From: Macrostomum hystrix
Taxonomy: Eukaryota; Animalia; Platyhelminthes
DNA: 64,000 nucleotides
Assembly (NCBI GenBank): GCA_950097015.1
Contig: CATNEN010000003.1
Location: 14,074,001 to 14,138,000 of the forward strand
Reading direction: 5' to 3'
Shown here: positions 12,420-24,064 of the stretch, piece by piece
Numbering within the stretch: the stretch's first letter is position 1
Layout of the letters: the number at the start of each line of letters is the position of its first letter
Program-made: the position numbers and the translations under genes
Notes under the pieces: model-generated
Databases searched by the model: none
What the model was told of the DNA's origin: nothing
Seen by the model: the letters and a program-made list of their open reading frames with translations, nothing else

Positions 12420-15400
12420 AAATCCTCAGTTAGAAACCTTATTATCTAGATCTTCAGTTGGGAACATAGCTATCTGGATCCTCAGTTAAGATCCTACTAT
12501 CCCAAATCTTCAGTTGGGATCCCTTATCCTCAGTTGGGATCCTACCATCCCTAATCCTCAGTTGGGATCCTACTATTCCTAATCCTCAGTTGGGATCCTA
12601 CTATTCCTAATCCTCAGTTGGGATCCTACTATTCCTAATCCTCAGTTGAGATCCTACTATTCCTAATCCTCAGTTGGGATCCTACTATTCCTAATCCTCA
12701 GTTGGGATCCTACCATCCCTAATCCTCAGTTGGGATCCTACTATTCCTAATCCTCAGTTGGGATCCTACTATTCCTAATCCTCAGTTGGGATCCTACTAT
12801 TCCTAATCCTCAGTTGGGATCCTACTATTCCTAATCCTCAGTTGAGATCCTACTATTCCTAATCCTCAGTTGAGATCCTACTATTCCTAATCCTCAGTTG
12901 GGATCCTACTATTCCTAATCCTCAGTTGGGATCCTACTATTCCTAATCCTCAGTTGAGATCCTACTATTCCTAATCCTCAGTTGAGATCCTACTATTCCT
13001 AATCCTCAGTTGAGATCCTACTATTCCTAATCCTCAGTTGAGATCCTACTATTCCTAATCCTCAGTTGAGATCCTACTATTCCTAATTCTCAGTTGGGAT
13101 CCTACTATTCCTAATCCTCAGTTGGGATCCTACTATTCCTAATCCTCAGTTGAGATCCTACTATTCCTAATCCTCAGTTGAGATCCTACTATTCCTAATC
13201 CTCAGTTGAGATCCTACTATTCCTAATCCTCAGTTGAGATCCTACTATTCCTAATCCTCAGTTGAGATCCTACTATTCCTAATCCTCAGTTGAGATCCTA
13301 CTATTCCTAATCCTCAGTTGGGATCCTACTATTCCTAATTCTCAGTTGAGATCCTACTATTCCTAATCCTCAGTTGAGATCCTACTATTCCTAATCCTCA
13401 GTTGAGATCCTACTATTCCTAATCCTCAGTTGAGATCCTACTATTCCTAATCCTCAGTTGGGATCCTACTATTCCTAATCCTCTGTTGAGATCCTACTAT
13501 TCCTAATCCTCAGTTGAGATCCTACTATTCCTAATCCTCAGTTGAGATCCTACTATTCCTAATCCTCAGTTGAGATCCTACTATTCCTAATCCTCAGTTG
13601 GGATCCTACTATTCCTAATCCTCAGTTGAGATCCTACTATTCCTAATCCTCAGTTGAGATCCTACTATTCCTAATCCTCAGTTGGGATCCTACTATTCCT
13701 AATCCTCAGTTGAGATCCTACTATTCCTAATCCTCAGTTGAGATCCTACTATTCCTAATCCTCAGTTGGGATCCTACTATTCCTAATCCTCAGTTGAGAT
13801 CCTACTATTCCAAATCCTCAGTTGAGATCCTACTATTCCTAATCCTCAGTTGGGATCCTACTATTCCTAATCCTCAGTTGGGATCCTACTATTCCTAATC
13901 CTCAGTTGAGATCCTACTATTCCTAATCCTCAGTTGGGATCCTACTATTCCGAATCCTCAGTTGAGATCCTACTATTCCTAATCCTCAGTTGAGATCCTA
14001 CTATTCCTAATCCTCAGTTGAGATCCTACTATTCCTAATCCTCAGTTGAGATCCTACTATTCCTAATCCTCAGTTGAGATCCTACTATTCCTAATCCTCA
14101 GTTGGGATCCTACTATTCCTAATCCTCAGTTGAGATCCTACTATTCCTAATCCTCAGTTGGGATCCTACTATTCCTAATCCTCAGTTGGGATCCTACTAT
14201 TCCTAATCCTCAGTTGAGATCCTACTATTCCTAATCCTCAGTTGAGATCCTACTATTCCTAATCCTCAGTTGGGATCCTACTATTCCTAATCCTCAGTTG
14301 AGATCCTACTATTCCTAATCCTCAGTTGGGATCCTACTATTCCGAATCCTCAGTTGAGATCCTACTATTCCTAATCCTCAGTTGAGATCCTACTATTCCT
14401 AATCCTCAGTTGAGATCCTACTATTCCTAATCCTCAGTTGGGATCCTACTATTCCTAATCCTCAGTTGAGATCCTACTATTCCTAATCCTCAGTTGAGAT
14501 CCTACTATTCCTAATCCTCAGTTGGGATCCTACTATTCCTAATCCTCAGTTGAGATCCTACTATTCCTAATCCTCAGTTGAGATCCTACTATTCCTAATC
14601 CTCAGTTGGGATCCTACTATTCCTAATCCTCAGTTGAGATCCTACTATTCCTAATCCTCAGTTGGGATCCTACTATTCCTAATCCTCAGTTGAGATCCTA
14701 CTATTCCTAATCCTCAGTTGAGATCCTACTATTCCTAATCCTCAGTTGAGATCCTACTATTCCTAATCCTCAGTTGGGATCCTACTATTCCTAATCCTCA
14801 GTTGAGATCTTACTATTCCTAATCCTCAGTTGGGATCCTACTATTCCTAATCCTCAGTTGAGATCCTACTATTCCTAATCCTCAGTTGAGATCCTACTAT
14901 TCCTAATCCTCAGTTGGGATCCTACTATTCCTAATCCTCAGTTGAGATCCTACTATTCCTAATCCTCAGTTGGGATCCTACTATTCCTAATCCTCAGTTG
15001 AGATCCTACTATTCCTAATCCTCAGTTGAGATCCTACTATTCCTAATCCTCAGTTGAGATCCTACTATTCCGAATCCTCAGTTGAGATCCTACTATTCCG
15101 AATCCTCAGTTGAGATCCTACTATTCCTAATCCTCAGTTGAGATCCTACTATTCCGAATCCTCAGTTGAGATCCTACTATTCCTAATCCTCAGTTGGGAT
15201 CCTACTATTCCGAATCCTCAGTTGAGATCCTACTATTCCTAATCCTCAGTTGGGATCCTACTATTCCTAATCCTCAGTTGAGATCTTACTATTCCTAATC
15301 CTCAGTTGAGATCCTACTATTCCTAATCCTCAGTTGAGATCCTACTATTCCGAATCCTCAGTTGAGATCCTACTATTCCTAATCCTCAGTTGAGATCCTA

Positions 15401-15475
15401 CTATTCCTAATCCTCAGTTGGGATCCTACTATTCCTAATCCTCAGTTGAGATCTTACTATCCGTAATCCTCTGTT
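12420..15475. repeat. 28-bp minisatellite (CTCAGTTG[A/G]GATCCTACTATTCCTAATC), ~3 kb, in the last FMO intron
   Basis: 28-bp period with a degenerate 5' edge and homogeneous core. Confidence 0.97.
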
Positions 15476-15511
15476 GATCAGTAAATCGACTCGTTTCCAT
15501 TCAACACGCAG

Positions 15512-15800
15512 AGCTTCGGCCCTGAAGTCGGAAATTGAGGCCATCGATTTCCAGACGGCCTTCGTCGTGGAGCTAGCTAGCCAATCAGGATACGGCTACG
15601 ACCTTGACGTCGCCCAGATCTGGTACACCTATGAAGATCATCGAATGGAGGACATTAGTACCTATCGAGACAGGCAATTCGTCAGCAAGTACACAGGGCA
15701 CCTCGCTCCGCCGCCAGCAAAGCCTTTCATGAAGGCCATGGACGATTCGCTAGCCAACTTTTTGGCCAATTACAAAAATCAGGAAGGGAAGTCCGAATGA
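15512..15800 (+). CDS. FMO: FMO/Tmm-like terminal exon D
   Basis: ACGCAG acceptor, phase 2 matches exon C; ASALKSEIEAIDFQ...EDISTYRDRQFVSKYTGHLAPPPAKPFMKAMDDSLANFL...stop, matching the Tmm-type C-terminus (RDxxxxSxxTG...DDSL). Confidence 0.92.
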
Positions 15801-15944
15801 TAGAGTTCAATTCAAAGATATTTTTTGCTCAGAACAACAGACAGATAATTTTCCTCTGCGATGTCTATTTTACCTGCACTTACGAGTGCACTCGTAGTTC
15901 CCACTCGTAATTAATTAGCAGATTAATACAACAAAAATTTTCGA

Positions 15945-16250
15945 ATACACCCAGCCCACTCCCTGCCTGCTAACACACCACCCCACTCCCTGCCTGCTAA
16001 CACACCACCCCACTCCCTGCCTGCTAAAACACCCACCCCACTCAATGCCTGCTAAAACAACCACCCCACTAACTGCCTGCTAACACACCCACCCACTCCC
16101 TCCCTGCTAACACACCACCCCACTCCCTGCTGGCTAACACACCCACCCCATTCACTGCCTGCTAAAACAGCCACCGTACTAACAGCCTGCTAACACACCT
16201 ACCCCACTCCCTGCCTGTTAACACACCCACCCCACTCCCTGCCACCCCAT
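15945..16250. repeat. Degenerate ~27-28-bp C-rich minisatellite (ACACCACCCCACTCCCTGCCTGCTAAC)
   Basis: About 10 imperfect tandem units downstream of the FMO stop. Confidence 0.85.
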
Positions 16251-16547
16251 TCGGAAAAACGTAAAAGCGATAATTGCAGAAAAAGTCCATTACGCTTGTT
16301 TTTTTATTGTTTTTTCGTTGTATTGTACTAGCCATATCAATATTAGAAAGCTTTAATTTTTAACGCTTAATTGTAGCTTTATAATTAATAAATATGAATA
16401 AGAAAATTAATATTAATTTTCTGATCATGACTTTGAAGAGTTCTAAGGCTTTCCAGCAGGCTTATTGACTTATTAATGCTATCTGTCGTCAGTCTGTCAA
16501 ATAATTCTAAGAATAGAAGAAGGTAGCCTAAGCTAGAAAATCATGCA

Positions 16548-17075
16548 ACAACTGTAGCTGGAATCGAAGCAGGATAAGGAACTGAAGCTGGAATCGAAGC
16601 AGGATTAGGAACAGCAGCTGGAACGAAGTAGGATTAGGAACTCAAGCTAGAATCGAAGCAGGATTAGGAACTGAAGCTAGAATCGAAGTAGGATTAGGAA
16701 CTGAAGCTAGAATCGAAGCAGGATAAGGAACTGAATAGAATCGAAGCAGGAACAGCAGCTGGAATCGATGCAGGATTAGGAACAGCAGCTGGAATCGAAG
16801 CAGGATTAGGAACAGCAGCTGGAATCGAAGCAGGATTAGGAACGGCAGCTGGAATCGAAGTAGGATTAGGAACTGAAGCTAGAATCGAAGCAGGATTAGG
16901 AACAGCAGCTGGAATCGAAGCAGGGTTAGGAACAGCAGCTGGAATCGAAGCAGGATTAGGAACTGAAGCTAGAATCTAAGCAGGATTAGGAACAGCAGCT
17001 GGAATCGAAGCAGGATTAGGAACTGAAGCTAGAATCGAAGCAGGATTAGGAACAGCAGCTAGAATCGCAGCTAGG
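16548..17075. repeat. 30-bp variant of the 24-bp satellite (GAATCGAAGCAGGATTAGGAACAGCAGCTG)
   Basis: Shares the GAATCGAAGCAGGA...AGCT core with the 1-10399 array, plus a 6-bp TTAGGA insert. Confidence 0.9.
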
Positions 17076-18252
17076 AAAGCCGGAATCGAATCAGGTGCCG
17101 TAGCTATAAATAAGGAAATCATGAACACACAATGATCAGGATTGGAATTCAAAAGCTATTCTAAAGCAGACAGTTGCCAAGCCTAAACGTTTGTGTTCCA
17201 GCTTTAACACATTCAAAGTATTATGAAGTGTTTATTAAGCTCCAATTTGTTTTAAAGCATTGCTAAGCGAATCATTTTCGCAGTTTATAATAGGTCACAA
17301 ACTAGAAGCAAAACGACTTAAACAGTGCACAAAATACAGGCAGGGTTCATAGGACAGGCGAAGGCTTACAAAATAGTATGCAGGTGTGTTCTACAAAAAG
17401 GCAGTAAAAGTTTATTTTTACAAACAAAATTGAAAACCCAGTTAGAATAGGGGATATTTTAAAGGGTATTTGTTATGCACTTTTATTGAGAAGTTTGAGA
17501 TCCTACTGACAGTAGTATCAAAGCAGACGTGTGTGACAAGAAACCATTTTAAACAACAAAACATAGATAACAAAAACGAAAGCAAACATTTGTTTATTTA
17601 CAGACAACTAGCATGAACATAATAGTTCGTTTGTGTAATTAAGAATAATTTGTAATAAATGTGTACCCAGTTAAGCGAAAATGATGCAGTTAAACAAAAT
17701 GTAATCTACTTTTTTACATTTTATACCTTTCATACCTTTTTATGACACGATTTTACAAAAAACAAATAGAATTAAATAACTTAGCGCTGCCCACAATGTT
17801 GCGCGTAACTTTTTATACTAATCATTAATTATTACATTATTAATTAATATAGCTCGTACATAAGTAGTATATTGCATCCTTTATAATTGAGGAGAATATT
17901 AACAAAATTTGACAACCAAATTGATTCAAACCGACTATCGTTGCTCAATAGAAATAACAATATTTAACTTTTTAAATTCTTGTTGCCTGTACAACCGGGA
18001 TCTCACTGTTTGAAATGTCGTGAGTTCGATTCTCGACCCGACAGATATTATTTAAGCATTTTAGCAGGAAGCACACTTAAATCTTAATATTATTTTTGGT
18101 CTCGGGTACAGTGAGAGAGCATACAGACAAGAAAGACTTGATCGAACAAATTCAGCTAAATATATCGTTAATAAAAATGAGAGTCAGATCCTCACTACAC
18201 TACTCGCAGTAGACAAGTAGCGAGTAGTTACGATAGCAATTGATTTGTCAGC

Positions 18253-18864
18253 TCAAACATCGGCCATGTCTCTAGTTAGCTGGGCCACTTCGGTCACAAT
18301 CTGGCCGGCAGTAGGTCTCCGATCCGCAGCTAGACTCCAGCATCTGTCCAACAGAGGCGACAGCTCCTGCGGCAGATTGTCGGGTTGTTCCGGCCGGAAA
18401 CTGGCCGATGCTGAGGCGGCGGCGGCGGCGGAGGCGGCAGCGGCTGCGGCGGCGTTAGCAGCGGTGGCTATGACATCGAAGTCGCTTAGGCGGGCGAACG
18501 GCCTCCTGGCCATGCTAAATAGTTCGCAGATGAACACGCCGAATGACCAGATGTCAGTTTTGATGCCGAATTGGCCATAGGCGATTGACTCGGGCGGTAG
18601 CCAACGAATCGGCAGTAGACTGCCCTGGCTGCTCCTAGCGTACTGGCCAGTGAATCGGTCCAGACAGGGACCCAGATTGGTGAGTTTCAGATTATACTCC
18701 TGGGCTACTAGTACATTGCGGCAGCCGATATCGCTGTGAACAAAGCCTAAGCAGTGCATATGCTCCAGTGCCTGGGCCACTTGTAGGCACATGCGCAACA
18801 GGTGATCCTTAGATAGCTGCTCGCCATGCTTCTTTAGGCCGGTTAGCACCTCGTATAAATTGTT
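18253..18864 (-). CDS. PTK7: PTK7/off-track exon 10: pseudokinase C-lobe, stop codon
   Basis: TCTCAG acceptor, phase 0; FVHSDIGCRNVLV, LKLTNLG in place of DFG, LPIRWLPPES, KTDIWSFGV, CW...RP; TGA ending at 18253. Confidence 0.9.
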   Translation of the reverse strand, partial: NNLYEVLTGLKKHGEQLSKDHLLRMCLQVAQALEHMHCLGFVHSDIGCRNVLVAQEYNLKLTNLGPCLDRFTGQYARSSQGSLLPIRWLPPESIAYGQFGIKTDIWSFGVFICELFSMARRPFARLSDFDVIATAANAAAAAAASAAAAASASASFRPEQPDNLPQELSPLLDRCWSLAADRRPTAGQIVTEVAQLTRDMADV

Positions 18865-19059
18865 CTGAGAGTAATAGGCCAGGTGGGGTGAGGGGAGAGA
18901 CAGGTGAGAAGAAGATTCTGAGCACACCCGCTTATAAATATGAAACTGGACAAAATTAGGTACGGATTGAGAACATGAGAATGATAAAAATATGAGAAAC
19001 ATGAAATGAGTGACATATTATGAGACACGTGATATATGATGAAGATGAGAACGCCAGAG

Positions 19060-19280
19060 ACACTAGATGAGACATGAGACACGAGAGATGAGATGAGACA
19101 TGAGAACATGAGAGATGAGATAAGATGAGACACGAGAACATGAGAGATGAGATGAGACACGAGAACATGAGAGATGAGATGAGACACGAGAACATGAGAG
19201 ATGAGATGAGACACGAGAACATGAGAGATGAGATGCGACACGAGAACACGAAAGATGAGACGAGAGATATGAGAACAGAA
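19060..19280. repeat. 27-bp minisatellite (ATGAGACACGAGAACATGAGAGATGAG) in PTK7 intron 9
   Basis: Tandem units; the GAGATGAGACAC core is shared with the 16-bp family. Confidence 0.85.
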
Positions 19281-19330
19281 GAGATATTAGAGCAGGAAAA
19301 AATCTTGAGAATAGTATTTGTCATGCTCAC

Positions 19331-19551
19331 ATATTCGCAATACTCCAGCAGCATCAGTGGCGCCTCGGTCGCGTTGCTGTCAATGCAGATGCCAACAAAC
19401 CTGGTGACGTAGTCGTGATCACATTTGTTGAATAGTTTCATCTGTTCAACGAATTCTGCAGTCAGTTGGGCGTCGTCAGTTGTGAGCTCTTTTACCAGGA
19501 CTGTGGCTCCGTTCAGCATGCCGATGCGGACCGCACCGAACAGACCGCGGC
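19331..19551 (-). CDS. PTK7: PTK7 exon 9: kinase N-lobe
   Basis: TCTGCAG acceptor, phase 1; (G)RGLFGAVRIG...VLVKEL...APLMLLEYCEY; donor GTGAGC; VLVK is the PTK7-type beta-3 motif. Confidence 0.9.
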
Positions 19552-19571
19552 CTGCAGACAATCGGGATCGC

Positions 19572-20065
19572 ATATCTATATCCACATCACTATCCACACC
19601 TATATCCACATCTCTATCCACACCTATATCCATATCTCTATCCACACCTATATCTACACCTATATCCACATCTCTATCCACACCTATATCCATATCTATA
19701 TCCACACCTATATCCATATCTATATCCACACCTATATCTACACCTATATCCACATCTCTATCCACACCTATATCCACACCTATATCCATATCTATATCCA
19801 CACCTATATCCACATCTCTATCCACACCTATATACATATCTACGAGCTATACGCTCGTATCCATATCTACATCCACATTCACATCTATATCTATATCCAG
19901 ATCTATATCCACATCTACATCCACATTTATATCCACATCTCTATCCACACCTATATACATATCTATATCCACACCTATATCCACATATATTTCCACATCT
20001 CTATCCACATCTATATCCAGATCTACATCTAGATCTATATCCATATCTACATCCACATCCACATC
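19572..20065. repeat. Low-complexity 6/12-bp repeat (TATCCACA/TCTATA) in PTK7 intron 8
   Basis: Source of the spurious D/V/I and S/T/I-rich ORFs. Confidence 0.9.
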
Positions 20066-20127
20066 GAAGAGATCTAAGCAAGATCCAAGCATTTGAGCAG
20101 AAAGCCAACCCGTGTGCTCAAACTCAC

Positions 20128-20472
20128 CCAGAATGCCGGGCCTGTACTGAATGAGTTTCCTATCGGTCTGGTGAGTTCTGCAAAGCCTATCCAGAGTGCT
20201 CTCAATAATGGAATTAGCCGGTGTGTTAGTTCTCAACCTGCCGTAGGACGACTGCAATGAGCTGCTGATTCCGCTGACGCTATTGGCGTCGTAGATAAAG
20301 TCACCACTGAGACCGATTGCTCCTCGAGGCGGACTGTACTTTCCACTCTGGCTGAGCAAGGTTTTGTACTCAGGAGCCTGCTGCTGCTGCTGCTGTGATC
20401 CACCGCTAGCTGATTCGTAATAACCGCCTGTGCCTGGGGAGTCTTGATGCTGTGGCAAACGATTTAGGAACA

Positions 20473-20515
<43 letters not shown>

Positions 20516-20618
20516 ATAATGATGCTTTTTAGCACCTCCTGTTGAGTAACTGCCATTTGTTGTTAGCATAGTTGACGGTACAGGGCACGCCAGCATTGGC
20601 TGTTGCTGCGGATGTAAG

Positions 20619-20654
<36 letters not shown>

Positions 20655-21460
20655 AATTGTATATCGTCGGATCGTTTCTGCCTCTTCTGTTGCATGCGCA
20701 GAGTGCAGCAAATTGATAAGAAAATGATTAAGCCCAGGTAGCCGACAGCGCAGCTGACCACAATGATGACAGTTTTAACCATAGAAGCTTTGTCGCTAGC
20801 AGCGTCTCTGGCGCCAGCATTGGGATCCAGGATGCGCAAGTGTACAAGGCTCGGACTGGGCAATAATCCGGTGTAGATTGTAGCCGCCAGGCACTGATAC
20901 TCTCCAGCGTTCTCCAGCCCAGCTCGGTGAATAATCAGAGTACCGTTGGGAAATAGGAAGAGATTACGGCGCCTGTCAACATCAGAGCTGTCTCTGAGCA
21001 TCCTGCCAGTCTCATTGCCGTGCTTGAACAGGTCCTGAGTGATAGCGGTGGGCCTGGAGGTGCTGCCGAACTGACGGAATGTCCAGGAGATGGTTGGCAC
21101 CGGGTCGCCGGACACCTGACAGTCCAGGCGAACGGAGGTGCCGAGCTCGACCGTCTGGTTCGGCGTCACGAGCTGAAATACGGGCCTAGAGCCGACAGCC
21201 ACATTAAAGACCTTCTCTAGGCGAACCTGAGATCCTACGTCTACGGCTACTACCAAATATTCTCCGCGCATCTCCTTGGTGACGTAGTGAAATTTCAGCC
21301 TGCTGCCGTCGGCGCTGAATTCGATGCCGCCGCGGTTGGCTGTGGAGGCGGCGTCGGAGTCGAAGAGCTGCTGGTACGACTCGCCTGGATGAGACCGGCG
21401 CGACCAGGTAATGCGAGGCTGCGACTCACCGGACCAGGGGCATTCCAGCACCTGTTGCAC
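20128..21460 (-). CDS. PTK7: PTK7 exon 8: Ig6, Ig7, transmembrane helix and polyQ-rich juxtamembrane region
   Basis: CTAACAG acceptor, phase 0; LDCQVSGDPVPTISW...NGTLII...AGEYQCLA; TM segment TVIIVVSCAVGYLGLIIFLSICC followed by basic residues; donor G|GTGAGT. Confidence 0.92.
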
Positions 21461-21614
21461 CTGTTAGCCAGTGGAATTTCAAGGCAGAGTTTTATCTGTC
21501 AATGTTGACGAAATCAGACTACCCGTACCCGATATGTATCGAAAAAGCTATCTAAAAGATAAGCATAAAACATTTAGCACAATAACCTAATGGTGATTTG
21601 TAACAAAAGTGTTA

Positions 21615-22430
21615 TTACTTTGAACCGATTTGTATCGAAATAGTACTTTTACTTTGAACCGATATGTATTGAACTAGTTTTATAACTTTGAACCGATATG
21701 TACTGAACTAGTTTTATAACTTTGAACCGATATGTATTGAACTAGTTTTTTAACTTTTAACCGATATGTATTGAACTAGTTTTATAACATTGAACCGATA
21801 TGTATTGAACTAGTTTTATAACATTGAACCGATATGTACTGAACTAGTTTTATAACATTGAACCGATATGTATTGAATTAGTGTTTTTACTTTGAACCGA
21901 TATGTATTGAACTAGTTTTATAACTTTGAACCGATATGTATTGAATTAGTTTTATAACTTTGAACCGATATGTATTGAACTAGTTTTATAACTTTGAACC
22001 GATTTGTATTGAACTAGTTTTATAACTTTGAACCGATATGTATTGAATTAGTTTTATAACTTTGAACCGATATGTATTGAACTAGTTTTATAACTTTGAA
22101 CCGATATGTATTGAACTAGTTTTATAACTTTGAACCGATATGTATTGAACTAGTTTTATTACTTTGAACCGATTTGTATTGAACTAGTTTTATAACTTTG
22201 AACCGATATGTATTGAATTAGTTTTATAACTTTGAACCGATATGTATTGAACTAGTTTTATAACATTGAACCGATATGTATTGAACTAGTTTTATAACTT
22301 TGAACCGATATGTATTGAACTAGTTTTATAACTTTGAACCGATATGTATTGAACTAGTTTTATAACTTTGAACCGATATGTATTGAATTAGTGTTTTTAC
22401 TTTGAACCGATATGTATTGAATTAGTGTTG
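21615..22430. repeat. 34-bp minisatellite (TTTGAACCGATATGTATTGAACTAGTTTTATAAC) in PTK7 intron 7
   Basis: 34-bp period, ~24 copies. Confidence 0.95.
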
Positions 22431-22628
22431 AAATCATAAACATACCAAAGCCGATAAAAAAATTAATTTACCGCAAAAACTATATCTTATACATATACAT
22501 ACTTATATACATACATATGCATACATATCGAACACTTTAGTTTGAATACTTCATTCTACACGATAAATTTATTAATCGTCTAGATTTATTATTCTGCTAT
22601 TCAATATTTATCGAAATAAGAAACTAAC

Positions 22629-23398
22629 CTTCAACTCGAGCTGCACATTGGAGTTCTTATTCGGGCATAGTCGAAATTTGCGTTTCACACTCAGCGTAAT
22701 GTTGCCAGACGAGTCGCTCTTCTCGGAGCCCAATTCGTCAACTTTGGTGACAGCCAGACAGGCATACTTTCCGGCGCTGTGCAGCGACACCGAGTGCAGG
22801 GTCAGCGCGCCCTGGGCGCTAACGCTGTAGCTCTTGGCAGCCGGCACGCCGATGATTGAAGAGGCTGCTGAGTCTGTTGAATCATCGACAATCTTTGAGC
22901 TAGCAATTAGTTTTGGTAAACTAGAGCCCTGGATATATTTGTACCATTTGAATGTGGTCAATACTTCAACAACATCGCCCGGCTTGTAGGGACAGTTCAG
23001 CGTGATAAAGTCGTCCTCTGTGGCCTCGCGATAGCTGTTCGCCTTGCCTAGGGTTGGCGAATAAGTGACCAGAAGGCTCAAGGAAATTTCACTCTTGCCA
23101 GCGTGGTTGGTCAGCGTGATGGTGTAGTCTCCGGTGTCGGATTTTCTAGCAGAGTTCAACACCAGGTGATAATCGCGAACTATGCGAATCCTGGCCTCCG
23201 GAGCTTCGGATTCGTGCGGCACCGCCCCGATAGGCGTTGTCCAGGCGACGCTGGGCATTGGGATCCATTCCTGGCCGCTGCTGCGATCCCGGTAGGGCAG
23301 GTAGACTCTTTGGACAAAGTTAGTGCCGACCGGGACTAGAAGAGGCCGGAATGTCACGGGCGGCTCAAAGTTCTTGTTGCCGTCCAAGCCGGAGTTCT
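22629..23398 (-). CDS. PTK7: PTK7 exon 7: Ig4 and Ig5
   Basis: GTGCAG acceptor, phase 1; PSVAW...SDTGDYTITLTN; TLNCP...FKWYK...GALTLHSVSLHSAGKYACLA; donor AAG|GTTAGT. Confidence 0.88.
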
Positions 23399-23808
23399 CT
23401 GCACGGTGTTTTAGAGGATTGCTTTAAGCCGATATGTATAGAAAAAAATAAATTAACATTTCTCCAAAATGCATATAAAACGAATAGAATAACTAGCTTG
23501 TTTGCATCGAAAGTAATCAAAAGCCACCCGATATGTGTCGAAATTGAAACTAATCAATACCACATGATATGTATATTAATTTATAGTAGAAATTACATAT
23601 ACATGCTTTCTAATGCCGAAAAAACCACTAGGAATGTATTTCTCTATTTAAATACAACTAAATAAACTTTAGGCAGCAGTTTTCGTCAAATACTACTAAA
23701 AACCTTTCGAGTTAGTAAAAAACTATGCCTAAACTATGCATATTAAAAACATAACAACCGATATGTGTAGAAAATCACTAAATCAAGAAATGAAAACGGC
23801 GAACTCAC

Positions 23809-23984
23809 TGGTCTGCACAACTTCGTAAAGAAACTCGGCCGGGACATTCGTTGCCACCATCATTAATCGGACCATGTAGAAATGCCCGATGCCGGCGAAG
23901 GCCTCACTAATATTTAGCTGGGTCTGATCGAGTCGCCAGTGATTTTTGCGCAGCTCCAGGCCGGAGTTGGTAACCGATTGACCG
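23809..23984 (-). CDS. PTK7: PTK7 exon 6 (second half of degenerate Ig3)
   Basis: TTCTTCAG acceptor, GTGAGT donor, open frame GQSVTNSGLELRKNHW...FLYEVVQT; phases 2/1 match neighbouring exons. Confidence 0.8.
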
Positions 23985-24064
23985 CTGAAGAAATGAATTA
24001 TTATATTGCTGATTCTAGGATTGTGCTTCGTTATAAACAGTCATCAATATATACAAATAGATAC

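Noticed and set aside
18010-18085. B-box-like GAGTTCGATTCTC, possible tRNA or SINE
   Set aside because: No clear A box or cloverleaf; at most a highly decayed SINE fragment
19572-20127. Asp/Val/Ile-rich extensions of the 537-aa and 293-aa ORFs
   Set aside because: Intronic low-complexity repeat; splicing 20128 to 19551 restores the kinase Gly loop
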